Source of the DNA: a virus
Taxonomy: Duplodnaviria; Heunggongvirae; Uroviricota; Caudoviricetes
Length of the DNA: 28,637 bases
Strand: one strand, 5' to 3'
Virus record (IMG/VR): IMGVR_UViG_3300021387_000076
Shown here: positions 16,229 through 24,681 of the stretch, in pieces
Layout: every line of letters starts with the position of its first letter
Position numbering within the stretch: the stretch's first letter is position 1
Program-made: the position numbers and the translations under genes
The notes under the pieces: model-generated
Told to the model about the DNA's origin: nothing
Databases searched by the model: none
The model's input: the letters and a program-made list of their open reading frames with translations, nothing else

Positions 16229-17329
16229 ATGTCCAGCTATGGCTATATGACATTGCTCAACAACAACGTATGGTATGGCAGTCAGATCCGTTACGAAGAC
16301 ATAGGACAGGCTACACTTGTTGAACAGGTTGGCATTGACGGCAAGTATGCCGTTGTAAAAATGTCTGAAGACACTACGAGTAAGTTTCTTGTCGTGGATG
16401 AAATCAAAGTATTTGATGGACTTCCGGCTCTTCTTATTGAAGTGGTGAAGCTTGACTCGAAGCTGATGTTTGTTCGGAACCAGTGGGACTATAACGATGA
16501 TCTCGAGTATGCGATAGATGATATAGAAGTCAATGACTTTGTTCGCGCACATCCGCTTACCGTCGGAGAGAAATTCGTTGTAGGTCCTTATGTCAACAAT
16601 TCAGAAGGAGCTCCTCTGGTTGGGACAGTGTTTACAGTTGCAGACATTAACAATCATGTTTTCAAAACTGAGTCCAACACGAGTGAAGTTATTGACAACA
16701 TAGATGATGGCAATGATGACAATTACGAAATAGGCGACACGCTTACATTCAATCTCGAAGACGAAGGCTTTATTACCATGCGGCTTGTCAAGAAGAATGC
16801 AGACATTCTTTCTGATGGCTCTGGCTATGCAAAGACCACATGGATAGCTGACGTTATGCTGAAGAACTGGGAACGAATGAACCCGGCTTATTCTAATGGG
16901 CAGGATGGGTATGGAGCGATGGGCGGCTATGAGGCATCTGAACTTGCGTATACTGTTTCAGCCCTGGAAGCAATGCTTCCTGAAAAGATCCGTAATTCTA
17001 TAAAGGACGTTGACAAATACCATATGGCTTTTGTTGACGGGAACGACAAAGATCGTGTTGAGCAAAAGACATCTCTCAGGGTATGGATCCCCAGCGCAAG
17101 AGAGATGTATGGTGACGGCTATGAAACTCAGGGACCGACATATGCCGATTACTTTAAGAAAGATGCGTCCCGTGTAAAAGTGAATACAGATACCGGTGTG
17201 GCTTCTCGTCCATACTGGCTGCGTACAGCAAACAGTAAAAACAATTTCTACATCGTACTTACGAATGGTGCAATCAGCGGCAATGATCCGACAAACCATT
17301 ACGGTGTGGTAATTGGTTTTTGCATTTAA
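16229..17329 (+). CDS. Head decoration-like domain fused to a DUF6273-like domain
   Basis: N-terminal ~120 aa similar to 17353-17808; C-terminal IGD, YEASEL, WIPSAREMYG, YWLRT and GVVIGFCI motifs. Confidence 0.7.
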   Translation: MSSYGYMTLLNNNVWYGSQIRYEDIGQATLVEQVGIDGKYAVVKMSEDTTSKFLVVDEIKVFDGLPALLIEVVKLDSKLMFVRNQWDYNDDLEYAIDDIEVNDFVRAHPLTVGEKFVVGPYVNNSEGAPLVGTVFTVADINNHVFKTESNTSEVIDNIDDGNDDNYEIGDTLTFNLEDEGFITMRLVKKNADILSDGSGYAKTTWIADVMLKNWERMNPAYSNGQDGYGAMGGYEASELAYTVSALEAMLPEKIRNSIKDVDKYHMAFVDGNDKDRVEQKTSLRVWIPSAREMYGDGYETQGPTYADYFKKDASRVKVNTDTGVASRPYWLRTANSKNNFYIVLTNGAISGNDPTNHYGVVIGFCI

Positions 17330-17352
17330 ATAAATCAAGAAGGTGACAAACC

Positions 17353-17808
17353 ATGTTTGATACAGTGGCAAAGTGTGGTTACCTGAAAATTGGTCTCAAT
17401 ACTGTATGGGATGGTCGTGCTATTAACGACACCGAATCCATTATGACCGATGGTATGATCGCCTACCCGAATGGCGTAGACGCTGAAGGTAACATTAAAC
17501 TGACTCTCAAGACTGTTGCTACGGACCTTTTTACTGTCCGTGAAGTGACTGAAATTTATGATGGCATTCCTGCTTATGATCTCGTCGTGAAGGCTGTTGA
17601 AGGTCCTGTGTACTTTATCAAGTCCCAGCATGACTATAACGACAGTGAAGCTTTCGATACTACGAAGTATGGCGCTGCTCCTGGCGCACTCGTAGAAGCT
17701 CATCCTCTTCAGGTCGGCGAAACAATCGTTGTTTCTGCAGCTTATTTCGACGCTGCTGTTGAAGCAGGTGCTGACGTGCATCCCAATGCCGGCAAGATGG
17801 CTGCTTGA
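17353..17808 (+). CDS. Head decoration/cement protein
   Basis: 151 aa, directly upstream of the major capsid gene; beta-strand-like composition; call is positional. Confidence 0.6.
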   Translation: MFDTVAKCGYLKIGLNTVWDGRAINDTESIMTDGMIAYPNGVDAEGNIKLTLKTVATDLFTVREVTEIYDGIPAYDLVVKAVEGPVYFIKSQHDYNDSEAFDTTKYGAAPGALVEAHPLQVGETIVVSAAYFDAAVEAGADVHPNAGKMAA

Positions 17809-17830
17809 TGATTGAATGAGGTGAATGAAT

Positions 17831-18829
17831 ATGTCTGAATTACATATTAACGCAGATGCGAAAATTATTAAGGTACTTGCCGACCAGGTTCGCGGCAAGC
17901 GCGTAGACTCAGCCGATGCAAAGCAGGCAAATGAAATTTGCCAGAAGCTTTCTATGGAAGGCAAGCACGGTATGACTGAGATTGCTCAGACCGTTGCTTA
18001 TACTGTTAATGATCTGCAGATGGGTGCTCTTGATTTCATCGATACCATCGCAGACTCCCGTACCTGCAACTACAATGAAAAGGTTGCTTTTAATATGCCC
18101 ACTGGCGGCATTAAGGCCGTGATCCAGGCTAAGGGTGCCACCACGCCGCGTAGCGAAGTCGGCAGCCGTCAGATCTTCGTCGAGACGCTTGAAGTGTCTG
18201 CTCGTCCGGCTATCAACATCATGGAGCTGCGCTGCGGTCGCATCAATATGCCCGACCTGATTCGTCAGGCTAATGATCAGATGACGCTCGTTAAGACCGG
18301 CTATATTGAGGATGTCCTGCATAAGGCTGTGCAGAATTTCTCCACTCCTTTCTTCGGCTCCGGCAATGGTATTGATACTGCTGTTCTCGACAATCAGATC
18401 ATGTATCTGAAGCGTCTCGGCCCGGTGGCTATCGTTGGCGATATCGCTGCCGTGTCTCAGCTGATTGGTGTTCAGGGTATGGTTGGTGCTAACGGTGTTG
18501 GAACTGTCCAGTATTCTGATGACCAGATCAATACCTATATGAATCAGGGCTTCCTTGGTCGTTATAAGGGCTGCGACGTTATCGCTATGCCTAACGCTTA
18601 CGAAGTCGGCAAAACCACTCCGTTCCTGAATCCTGATTGGCTGTATATCATGAACACCAATCTGTCCAAAGATCTCCGTAATCTGAAGGTCGTGACTGAA
18701 GGTTCGGTTCAGGCTTTCGAATCACAGGATATCAACGATCTCGTGTACGAAGTCCGACTCGACCAGTGGTTCGGTGCTGCTTTCGTTACCAACAAGCTGC
18801 CCACCATTTCTGCTTACAACATCAACTAA
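17831..18829 (+). CDS. Major capsid protein
   Basis: ~330 aa at the capsid position; strongly biased codons (gct/ggt/cgt); followed by a terminator; RBS gaggtg. Confidence 0.8.
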   Translation: MSELHINADAKIIKVLADQVRGKRVDSADAKQANEICQKLSMEGKHGMTEIAQTVAYTVNDLQMGALDFIDTIADSRTCNYNEKVAFNMPTGGIKAVIQAKGATTPRSEVGSRQIFVETLEVSARPAINIMELRCGRINMPDLIRQANDQMTLVKTGYIEDVLHKAVQNFSTPFFGSGNGIDTAVLDNQIMYLKRLGPVAIVGDIAAVSQLIGVQGMVGANGVGTVQYSDDQINTYMNQGFLGRYKGCDVIAMPNAYEVGKTTPFLNPDWLYIMNTNLSKDLRNLKVVTEGSVQAFESQDINDLVYEVRLDQWFGAAFVTNKLPTISAYNIN

Positions 18830-18836
18830 CGTGTTT

Positions 18837-18874
18837 GGCAGAGGCCGCTCTTTATCTCGCGGCCTCTGCCTTTT
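18837..18874 (+). terminator. Terminator after the capsid gene
   Basis: 12-bp stem ggcagaggccgc/gcggcctctgcc followed by T4. Confidence 0.85.
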
Positions 18875-18903
18875 GTTAAGGTTTCGAAAGGAAGAATAAG
18901 GAT

Positions 18904-19356
18904 ATGGAAAATACACGTTATCAGGTAAAGAATAAGACGCATCATGATATTGGTGTGCTTCTTTCCACTGGCAACCGAGTACGGTTCAAAGCCGGTGGTC
19001 ACCAGTTTTTGACACTGGATGAAATCATGTATATTGAAAGTATTTGCGCTCATACCAAGTATTTCTCCAAGAGGATGCTTGTGCCGATTGACGCAAAGGG
19101 CAACGAGCTTTCTATTGAAGAGCTTGATTGCTACATTAACACTGATGACAATCCCTACTATGACGATGCAGAGATTGAAACCAGGCTGAAGCAGAGTGCT
19201 CAGAAGATCAAGGCATGGCTTGCTGACATTGATGACGCTGCGGCTCTGGATGCTATCTATCGTATAGCAATTAAGATGGATCTGCCTAAGAGTAAGATTA
19301 CAGTGCTGAAGGAAAAGATGCCCGATAAGGACTTCCTTGCAGACGAAGAAGAATGA
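18904..19356 (+). CDS. Hypothetical head-associated protein
   Basis: Clean ORF after the capsid gene. Confidence 0.75.
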   Translation: MENTRYQVKNKTHHDIGVLLSTGNRVRFKAGGHQFLTLDEIMYIESICAHTKYFSKRMLVPIDAKGNELSIEELDCYINTDDNPYYDDAEIETRLKQSAQKIKAWLADIDDAAALDAIYRIAIKMDLPKSKITVLKEKMPDKDFLADEEE

Positions 19357-19383
19357 CTTTGAATAAAACTGGAGGCGACGCTG

Positions 19384-19806
19384 ATGGCTATCTCGGTTAC
19401 GAAATTAGCTGAAAGGCTCAAGTCCGAAACGGAGTGGCAGAGAACACCTACCGCACTTGGTGACGATGTTTATATCAGAATGATAGAACACGGCATAGGA
19501 AGGCTGTACATCGATAACAACAAAGCCTCCGTTTATAATAAAATTAAATACTACACAGATGAAGAGACGGGAGAGTACATGTTTGATGCGGATCTTCTAC
19601 AAGATGAAATAGAATATATAATGATCCTGGCACAAATAAGTTTCATGAATAGGGTTGCGAAAAGTGTAAACGATATCGTAGGTTATACAACCGATGCAAT
19701 AACTGTTACCAATGCCGACAAACCTTACCAGAATATTGATGGTACTCTCACACGTCTAGAAAAGGAACGGCGTATACTTTACTGGAAGATGTATCCAAGA
19801 CAGTAA
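19384..19806 (+). CDS. Putative head-tail adaptor
   Basis: ggagg RBS; helical 140 aa at the neck position; function is positional inference. Confidence 0.55.
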   Translation: MAISVTKLAERLKSETEWQRTPTALGDDVYIRMIEHGIGRLYIDNNKASVYNKIKYYTDEETGEYMFDADLLQDEIEYIMILAQISFMNRVAKSVNDIVGYTTDAITVTNADKPYQNIDGTLTRLEKERRILYWKMYPRQ

Positions 19807-19826
19807 AGTCAGGACAGGGTGATGAT

Positions 19827-20162
19827 ATGATACGAGATTACAACGTTGCTGTGTCATACAGAAACAGGGACACAGGCGCAATGGAAACCAGGCGGTATCC
19901 TTTTTCGGAGTACTGTCTGGATACAGGATATTCTTTGAAGCGAGTGCTCAGACTTGTGGAAGATGCTTTTCAGGACTTGCAGGATAACAAGCCAAAGGAA
20001 GAATGGTCCGAGGAAGCCGTCAGGGCTTTCCAGAAGATCAGGGGTCAACTGCTTGACTGTGCAAATAATATAGAAAGACTGCCGAGTACTCTGTATTATC
20101 AGGGTAAGAATGTTAACTCGTTAACGGGCAGTGAATACCTGGCTCAGATTCTGGGCGAATAA
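19827..20162 (+). CDS. Hypothetical neck-region protein
   Basis: gggtgatgatATG; clean ORF. Confidence 0.7.
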   Translation: MIRDYNVAVSYRNRDTGAMETRRYPFSEYCLDTGYSLKRVLRLVEDAFQDLQDNKPKEEWSEEAVRAFQKIRGQLLDCANNIERLPSTLYYQGKNVNSLTGSEYLAQILGE

Positions 20163-20174
20163 GAGGTGGTTCCG

Positions 20175-20888
20175 ATGGGCTATAACTATAGCACAACAGA
20201 GTCACAGACAAGGTTTTATGTACCGCCTACTCTTGTAGGAGACTTTGATAACTTCCTTGCATTGGACATCCCCGGTGCAGTTATGGAGTTTCAGGTATAT
20301 CACAACTGGTATGATCAGGAATCAGTCGATTCCATACGCGGCGAGATATATCCTGACGCTACGAAGAGCCGGTACGCAAACACAGATAACAATCTCAACT
20401 TCAGAACGTCTGTTAAATCAGATATTCAGAAGGGAGATCTCATAAAAGATCCGGCAGGTGAGATATACTTGCTTGACTGGGATATACCGCCTCAGCCAAA
20501 CAATAAGATGTCTCGAGCATTGAGATGCAATACGACTTTAAAGTTCACACGTTTCACAAATGAAATATATGACGATGATGGATATCGCATTAAAGACGAG
20601 GACCGTAACAAGACGATAGCTGACAGTATTCCCTGTAACGCTTATCGTTATGATGGACGACCTGATTTCTCTGCGATATCTCATACACCCGGTATTGTAC
20701 CGAATGCTCTTACAATTCTATCTGTTCAGTACAATGAACAGACTGCAAACATACGAGTCGACGATCAGTTCTTCTGGGAAGAGTATGAATACATTGTTGT
20801 TGATGTCAGCCACGTTGGCGTGAAGCTCAATAATAAATGCGGCGTACTTACTATTCAGGCCAAGAAGAAAGCCGGTGGCGAGAGTTGA
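20175..20888 (+). CDS. Putative head closure/neck protein
   Basis: gaggtg RBS; positional inference. Confidence 0.55.
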   Translation: MGYNYSTTESQTRFYVPPTLVGDFDNFLALDIPGAVMEFQVYHNWYDQESVDSIRGEIYPDATKSRYANTDNNLNFRTSVKSDIQKGDLIKDPAGEIYLLDWDIPPQPNNKMSRALRCNTTLKFTRFTNEIYDDDGYRIKDEDRNKTIADSIPCNAYRYDGRPDFSAISHTPGIVPNALTILSVQYNEQTANIRVDDQFFWEEYEYIVVDVSHVGVKLNNKCGVLTIQAKKKAGGES

Positions 20889-21238
20889 TCGATATCTATG
20901 ATGCACTGCAGGACTCAATCAATTCTTCAGTTGAGAAGATAATGCAGGAGCAAATGCAGGTATATATATCCATGTTTAGACTTGAAGTTGAAACGCTAAA
21001 TGAAGAGCTTGCACACAATACGCAGATACATGGATATGACTTCTCTACTATACCTGAAGATCTTGTTAACAGCCTGACTGTCGAACCTGTTGTCCACGAA
21101 GACAGCAGCTATTCAATACGGGCTGTATTTGATGACTCGCTACTTGACAATTGTTCAGATTCACTGATTGATTTCATAGCAGACTATGCTATTGGAAATA
21201 CAAATCTGCGGTATAAAAGATACAGATCTGGAGGATGA
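20885..21238 (+). CDS. Hypothetical neck/tail completion protein
   Basis: TTG start overlapping the previous stop (TTGA). Confidence 0.6.
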   Translation: MIDIYDALQDSINSSVEKIMQEQMQVYISMFRLEVETLNEELAHNTQIHGYDFSTIPEDLVNSLTVEPVVHEDSSYSIRAVFDDSLLDNCSDSLIDFIADYAIGNTNLRYKRYRSGG

Positions 21239-21242
21239 TGTT

Positions 21243-21716
21243 ATGGCGCTTACAATGCAGCCAGATGCATGGATTGCAGACTGGAACGACATTATTCGAA
21301 ACATCATCTTCAAAGATGATGATCTTAAAGAACTGATGATGCTGCCTAAGAATACCAAGTTGATTACATTTATCGACAGGTATTTTGTTAGAGCCGGCAC
21401 ATCGTCAGTAGTCCTCAAAGATGAGGATGTAAGAATCGTATACTCGGCTACTTCTGTCGGAACGCTTGGTGAAACAGTGTCATCCAATATCATAAGCTTT
21501 GACATATATGTCAAGAACGAACATCTTCACAACTGCTGTGATGACGGCATGGTGTTCAGAACACAGATGATAGCTTTGCGGCTTCGTCAGCTTTTGATGA
21601 AGCAGCGATATAACGGAGTATACAGGTTCTTTGATCCGAATGAAGGCGACATGAATACCAGTACAATTGGTTATTCGAGATACAACCTGACGCTTTCATT
21701 CATTAAACTTTATTGA
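21243..21716 (+). CDS. Putative tail terminator protein
   Basis: ggagg RBS; last gene before the tail tube; I.FDIYV-type strand. Confidence 0.55.
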   Translation: MALTMQPDAWIADWNDIIRNIIFKDDDLKELMMLPKNTKLITFIDRYFVRAGTSSVVLKDEDVRIVYSATSVGTLGETVSSNIISFDIYVKNEHLHNCCDDGMVFRTQMIALRLRQLLMKQRYNGVYRFFDPNEGDMNTSTIGYSRYNLTLSFIKLY

Positions 21717-21793
21717 TTACATACTACACCAGCGTAGGAGTAATGGCGTAGGTTTGTAATAAATATATTCAACACAAGAAAGAGATGATATGC

Positions 21794-22889
21794 ATGGCAC
21801 TTACTTATATGCCTAAGTATCAGGGTTACATTACTGACGTACCTAAGGTATGGTTTAAGCGGAAGGCCGATGGCAAGCTTTTCCATTTCGATCAGCTGAG
21901 TGACTTCTCTGCTACGCCTAACGTTCAGTTCAACGAAGTTAACGCTAAGTAACACTGGCGCTTTATGTGGTGACGCATATCGAACAAACTGCCTAAACGG
22001 AGAAACTCCTGTGTAGTAAAGGGATGCACAGGACAACTTACCGTGCTAAATTAATTAAACGGTTTAGGTAAAGGAAAATAAAAAGGAAAAGGAATAGGCG
22101 ATAATTATAAAAGCCTAACGACTAAGTGCATCGAAGCGATGCGAATGGTAGTGGTCTCAAAAGAGATCGTGATATAGTCTGATCTGTATGGTAACATACA
22201 GCTGCACTTTTGTGCGGGCATGGTGTAGCGAACCATGTTGAACATTTATGGGTTGGTCCCTTTTCCCTGTAGCCTACCTCCCTGGTCAGTCCACTTTTGA
22301 AGTCAGCATGACTTCTCTGCAGTTCGACGCTTCTTTGTTCGAACTCTCTAATGGTGCCACATTCGAGAAGAAGACCATTCAGGTGCCTACTACCGGTAAC
22401 TATGAAGTTACTAACGGCTCTGTGGTCCTGAAGACCGATGAATCCATCAAGAATACTATTGATGTTGATGGTCTTGCGCTCGGTGATGAAGTGGGCGACG
22501 GCACGTACACCGTGACCGAAACCGAACCCGCTGATGAAGAGACACAGTACACCACGACCATTAAAGTTCCTGAAGGCATCAGCAACCTGCTTGTTACCTA
22601 TTTTGAGAACAAGGAAGTTTCCGCTGCCGGTATCGACAACCGTTCTACGGCTATCGGTCAGATGACCATGATCTGGCCTGTGTATGGCTCTGGCGACGAA
22701 GAGAACGCTGTTCGTGGCGCTGACATCAAGGGTTACGTGATGGAGATCATCTATCGCGCTCGTATTACCCAGGGTGCAGGCTTCAATACCAGCTACAAGA
22801 ACGTGACTGGTAACCAGATCACTGTTGGCGCAATGGATCCCCATCGTGCTGACGAACAGATCTACATGGTTGCTTATTTCGATAAGTAA
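21794..22889 (+). CDS. Major tail (tube) protein, spliced: join(21794..21946,22251..22889), 263 aa
   Basis: Exon 1 MALTY...FNEVNA joins in frame to GWSLFPVAYLPG...; located upstream of the tail chaperone; followed by a terminator. Confidence 0.8.
21947..22250 (+). ncRNA. Group I self-splicing intron (304 nt, no ORF, IA-like)
   Basis: 5' exon ends in U and intron ends in G; P7 GACTA 22120-24/TAGTC 22175-79 inside AACGACTA and GATATAGTCT core elements; P3 ACTGCC 21988-93/GGTAGT 22147-52; P7.1, P8 and P9 hairpins. Confidence 0.9.
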
Positions 22890-22961
22890 TCCAGAAATTA
22901 CGAATTAAGGTTGATGACGAGGCTTTGAGCCTCCAATAAAGGTTGTAGCGTAATAAAACAG

Positions 22962-22998
22962 AAGGGGTAGTTGCAACCAATGCGACTACCCCTTTTTT
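22962..22998 (+). terminator. Terminator after the tail tube gene
   Basis: aaggggtagttgca/tgcgactacccctt followed by a T run. Confidence 0.8.
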
Positions 22999-23029
22999 AT
23001 TTTATGCTATACGGATAAGGTGATGAATT

Positions 23030-23521
23030 ATGCCTAGAAAGAAATTGCCAGAATATACTGAACCCCAGAATGTACAACTTGAACAAACAAGTTATATCAA
23101 GCCGGTTCCGCAGCCTACTGAACCACATAATGCTGAACTGGAACCAACTCCTCCTGACAGACCGGTTCCTGTTGTAGGAAACCCTGAGAACGTTGTCAGG
23201 ATTGGAAATCAACAAGTCGAAATTTTTCCGACAAAAGTAAAGTACCAGCGAGATAAGTCTGCTGCTTTTTATCTTATTCTCAGACAGGTTCCCCTTACTG
23301 AGATCCTTTCTCTGTCTGACGGTGTATTAAGTAAGACAAGGTCAAGCGATAAGATGTTGTTCGACTGGCTTATCGCAGTGACAGATGATCCTAAACTTAT
23401 CAAAGAAGAATATGACAATATGGATAGCGAGCAGATCTATAAACTGCTTGAAGTCTTTTGTCGGGTTAATCATATAGACGAAGTCGAAAAAAAAGCAAAA
23501 GCTCAGATGGAGACAGCTTAA
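23030..23521 (+). CDS. Tail assembly chaperone (G-like)
   Basis: Follows the tail tube gene; A8 slippery run near its 3' end. Confidence 0.7.
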   Translation: MPRKKLPEYTEPQNVQLEQTSYIKPVPQPTEPHNAELEPTPPDRPVPVVGNPENVVRIGNQQVEIFPTKVKYQRDKSAAFYLILRQVPLTEILSLSDGVLSKTRSSDKMLFDWLIAVTDDPKLIKEEYDNMDSEQIYKLLEVFCRVNHIDEVEKKAKAQMETA

Positions 23522-23904
23522 ACATTGACGAAGCTGTCGCCGCAATCGCAGCGCATCTGGGCGTAGTCGATGAGAATGCGATAAACGATATGAGCATGGA
23601 CTTCTTTGCAAACGTGCTTCAGGCACTTGGAAAGAAGTTGAATTATGAAAGCATTTCGAATCTTTACGGTAATAGCTTTGCAATTAAAGATGCTCAGAAA
23701 TATATCACTGAAGCATATCCTCTGATGAAGAAGCCTGTGATTGACAAGGGTACTATGCAGATGTTCGACAACGCAAAGATATACAAGATTGGCAAAGACT
23801 CTACTGCCAAGTCTATGATCAAGAACATCGAAACCGGAGCAGGCGATGACTTCTCATACCTTGAAGATATGTTTAATGAAATGTTGGGAACTAAAGGAAC
23901 GTGA
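23494..23904 (+). CDS. -1 frameshift extension (GT-like), giving a ~291-aa fusion with 23030
   Basis: The -1 frame is open from the A8 run (23487-23494) through the tracked ORF 23590-23904. Confidence 0.7.
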   Translation, partial: SKSSDGDSLNIDEAVAAIAAHLGVVDENAINDMSMDFFANVLQALGKKLNYESISNLYGNSFAIKDAQKYITEAYPLMKKPVIDKGTMQMFDNAKIYKIGKDSTAKSMIKNIETGAGDDFSYLEDMFNEMLGTKGT

Positions 23905-23909
23905 TAATT

Positions 23910-24143
23910 ATGTTTGATAAATTTCTTGATGCAATGGTAGCGTATGAAACAATGCGTGACACTTATGAAGAGGCAATGTCCGATGAAGGATTCAAACAGG
24001 AAACTGTGGATACTTTTATCATGGCTGCTGTTGATCTTATCAGGCAGGACCTCGTGCAAATGATCATTGCAGCCGATACAGATGAACTCGTACAGGTAAT
24101 TAAGGAATTGAAAGAACAGGTGAAGCCCCATGATGTACAATGA
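23910..24143 (+). CDS. Small acidic helical hypothetical protein
   Basis: aaagga RBS; alternative GTG start at 23901. Confidence 0.7.
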   Translation: MFDKFLDAMVAYETMRDTYEEAMSDEGFKQETVDTFIMAAVDLIRQDLVQMIIAADTDELVQVIKELKEQVKPHDVQ

Positions 24144-24570
24144 GTTTATGAATGTTGCAAGCGGCAAGTGCATTGAATTTACTGAGAATACAAAGCAGGC
24201 GTATCTCCTGCCTGACTATCGATATGTTCTCAGGGCTTCAGGTTTTACTCCTGATAAAGTGGAAGACTTTGAAGGTCTGACATGGGACGAAATAGGGGAG
24301 TCTCTGAAGCTTGAAGTACAGATGTACAATGCTGAAAACAACAGCACACTTCTGCTTGCAAACCTGATCAATGATATTATTACTACAGATATTGCTCCGC
24401 TGGCACAGCAGGAACAGAATGAGCTGTTTAAAAATATCATTGAATATCTCAAGGAAAATAATGCAAGAGAAAAATTCCAGAAGGTTACACTTGGTAATGA
24501 CAAAGAAGAACAGATGGGACAGCTGCATCAGCTGTTTCCAAATGTCAATTTCGAAAAGAAAGAACCATGA
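24130..24570 (+). CDS. Hypothetical protein (146 aa)
   Basis: Overlaps the previous gene; followed by a terminator. Confidence 0.75.
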   Translation: MMYNEFMNVASGKCIEFTENTKQAYLLPDYRYVLRASGFTPDKVEDFEGLTWDEIGESLKLEVQMYNAENNSTLLLANLINDIITTDIAPLAQQEQNELFKNIIEYLKENNAREKFQKVTLGNDKEEQMGQLHQLFPNVNFEKKEP

Positions 24571-24576
24571 CTTTAC

Positions 24577-24609
24577 GGGACTGCGGCTTTGTGTGCCGCA
24601 GTCCCTTTT
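24577..24609 (+). terminator. Intrinsic terminator immediately upstream of the giant ORF
   Basis: 11-bp stem gggactgcggc/gccgcagtccc followed by T4. Confidence 0.8.
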
Positions 24610-24681
24610 ACATGCAGAATGCGTTAGGCAGTTGCTGCGTGCAAGTCGTGGCTTCTGCATACTATATGGAGCGTGATATAC

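Noticed and set aside
17200-17329. DGR variable repeat
   Set aside because: No template repeat, reverse transcriptase or Avd gene in the window; only the domain type is suggestive
22248-22889. Stand-alone 213-aa gene starting at ATG 22248
   Set aside because: No RBS; the G of this ATG is the intron's terminal G and the upstream exon restores the N-terminus
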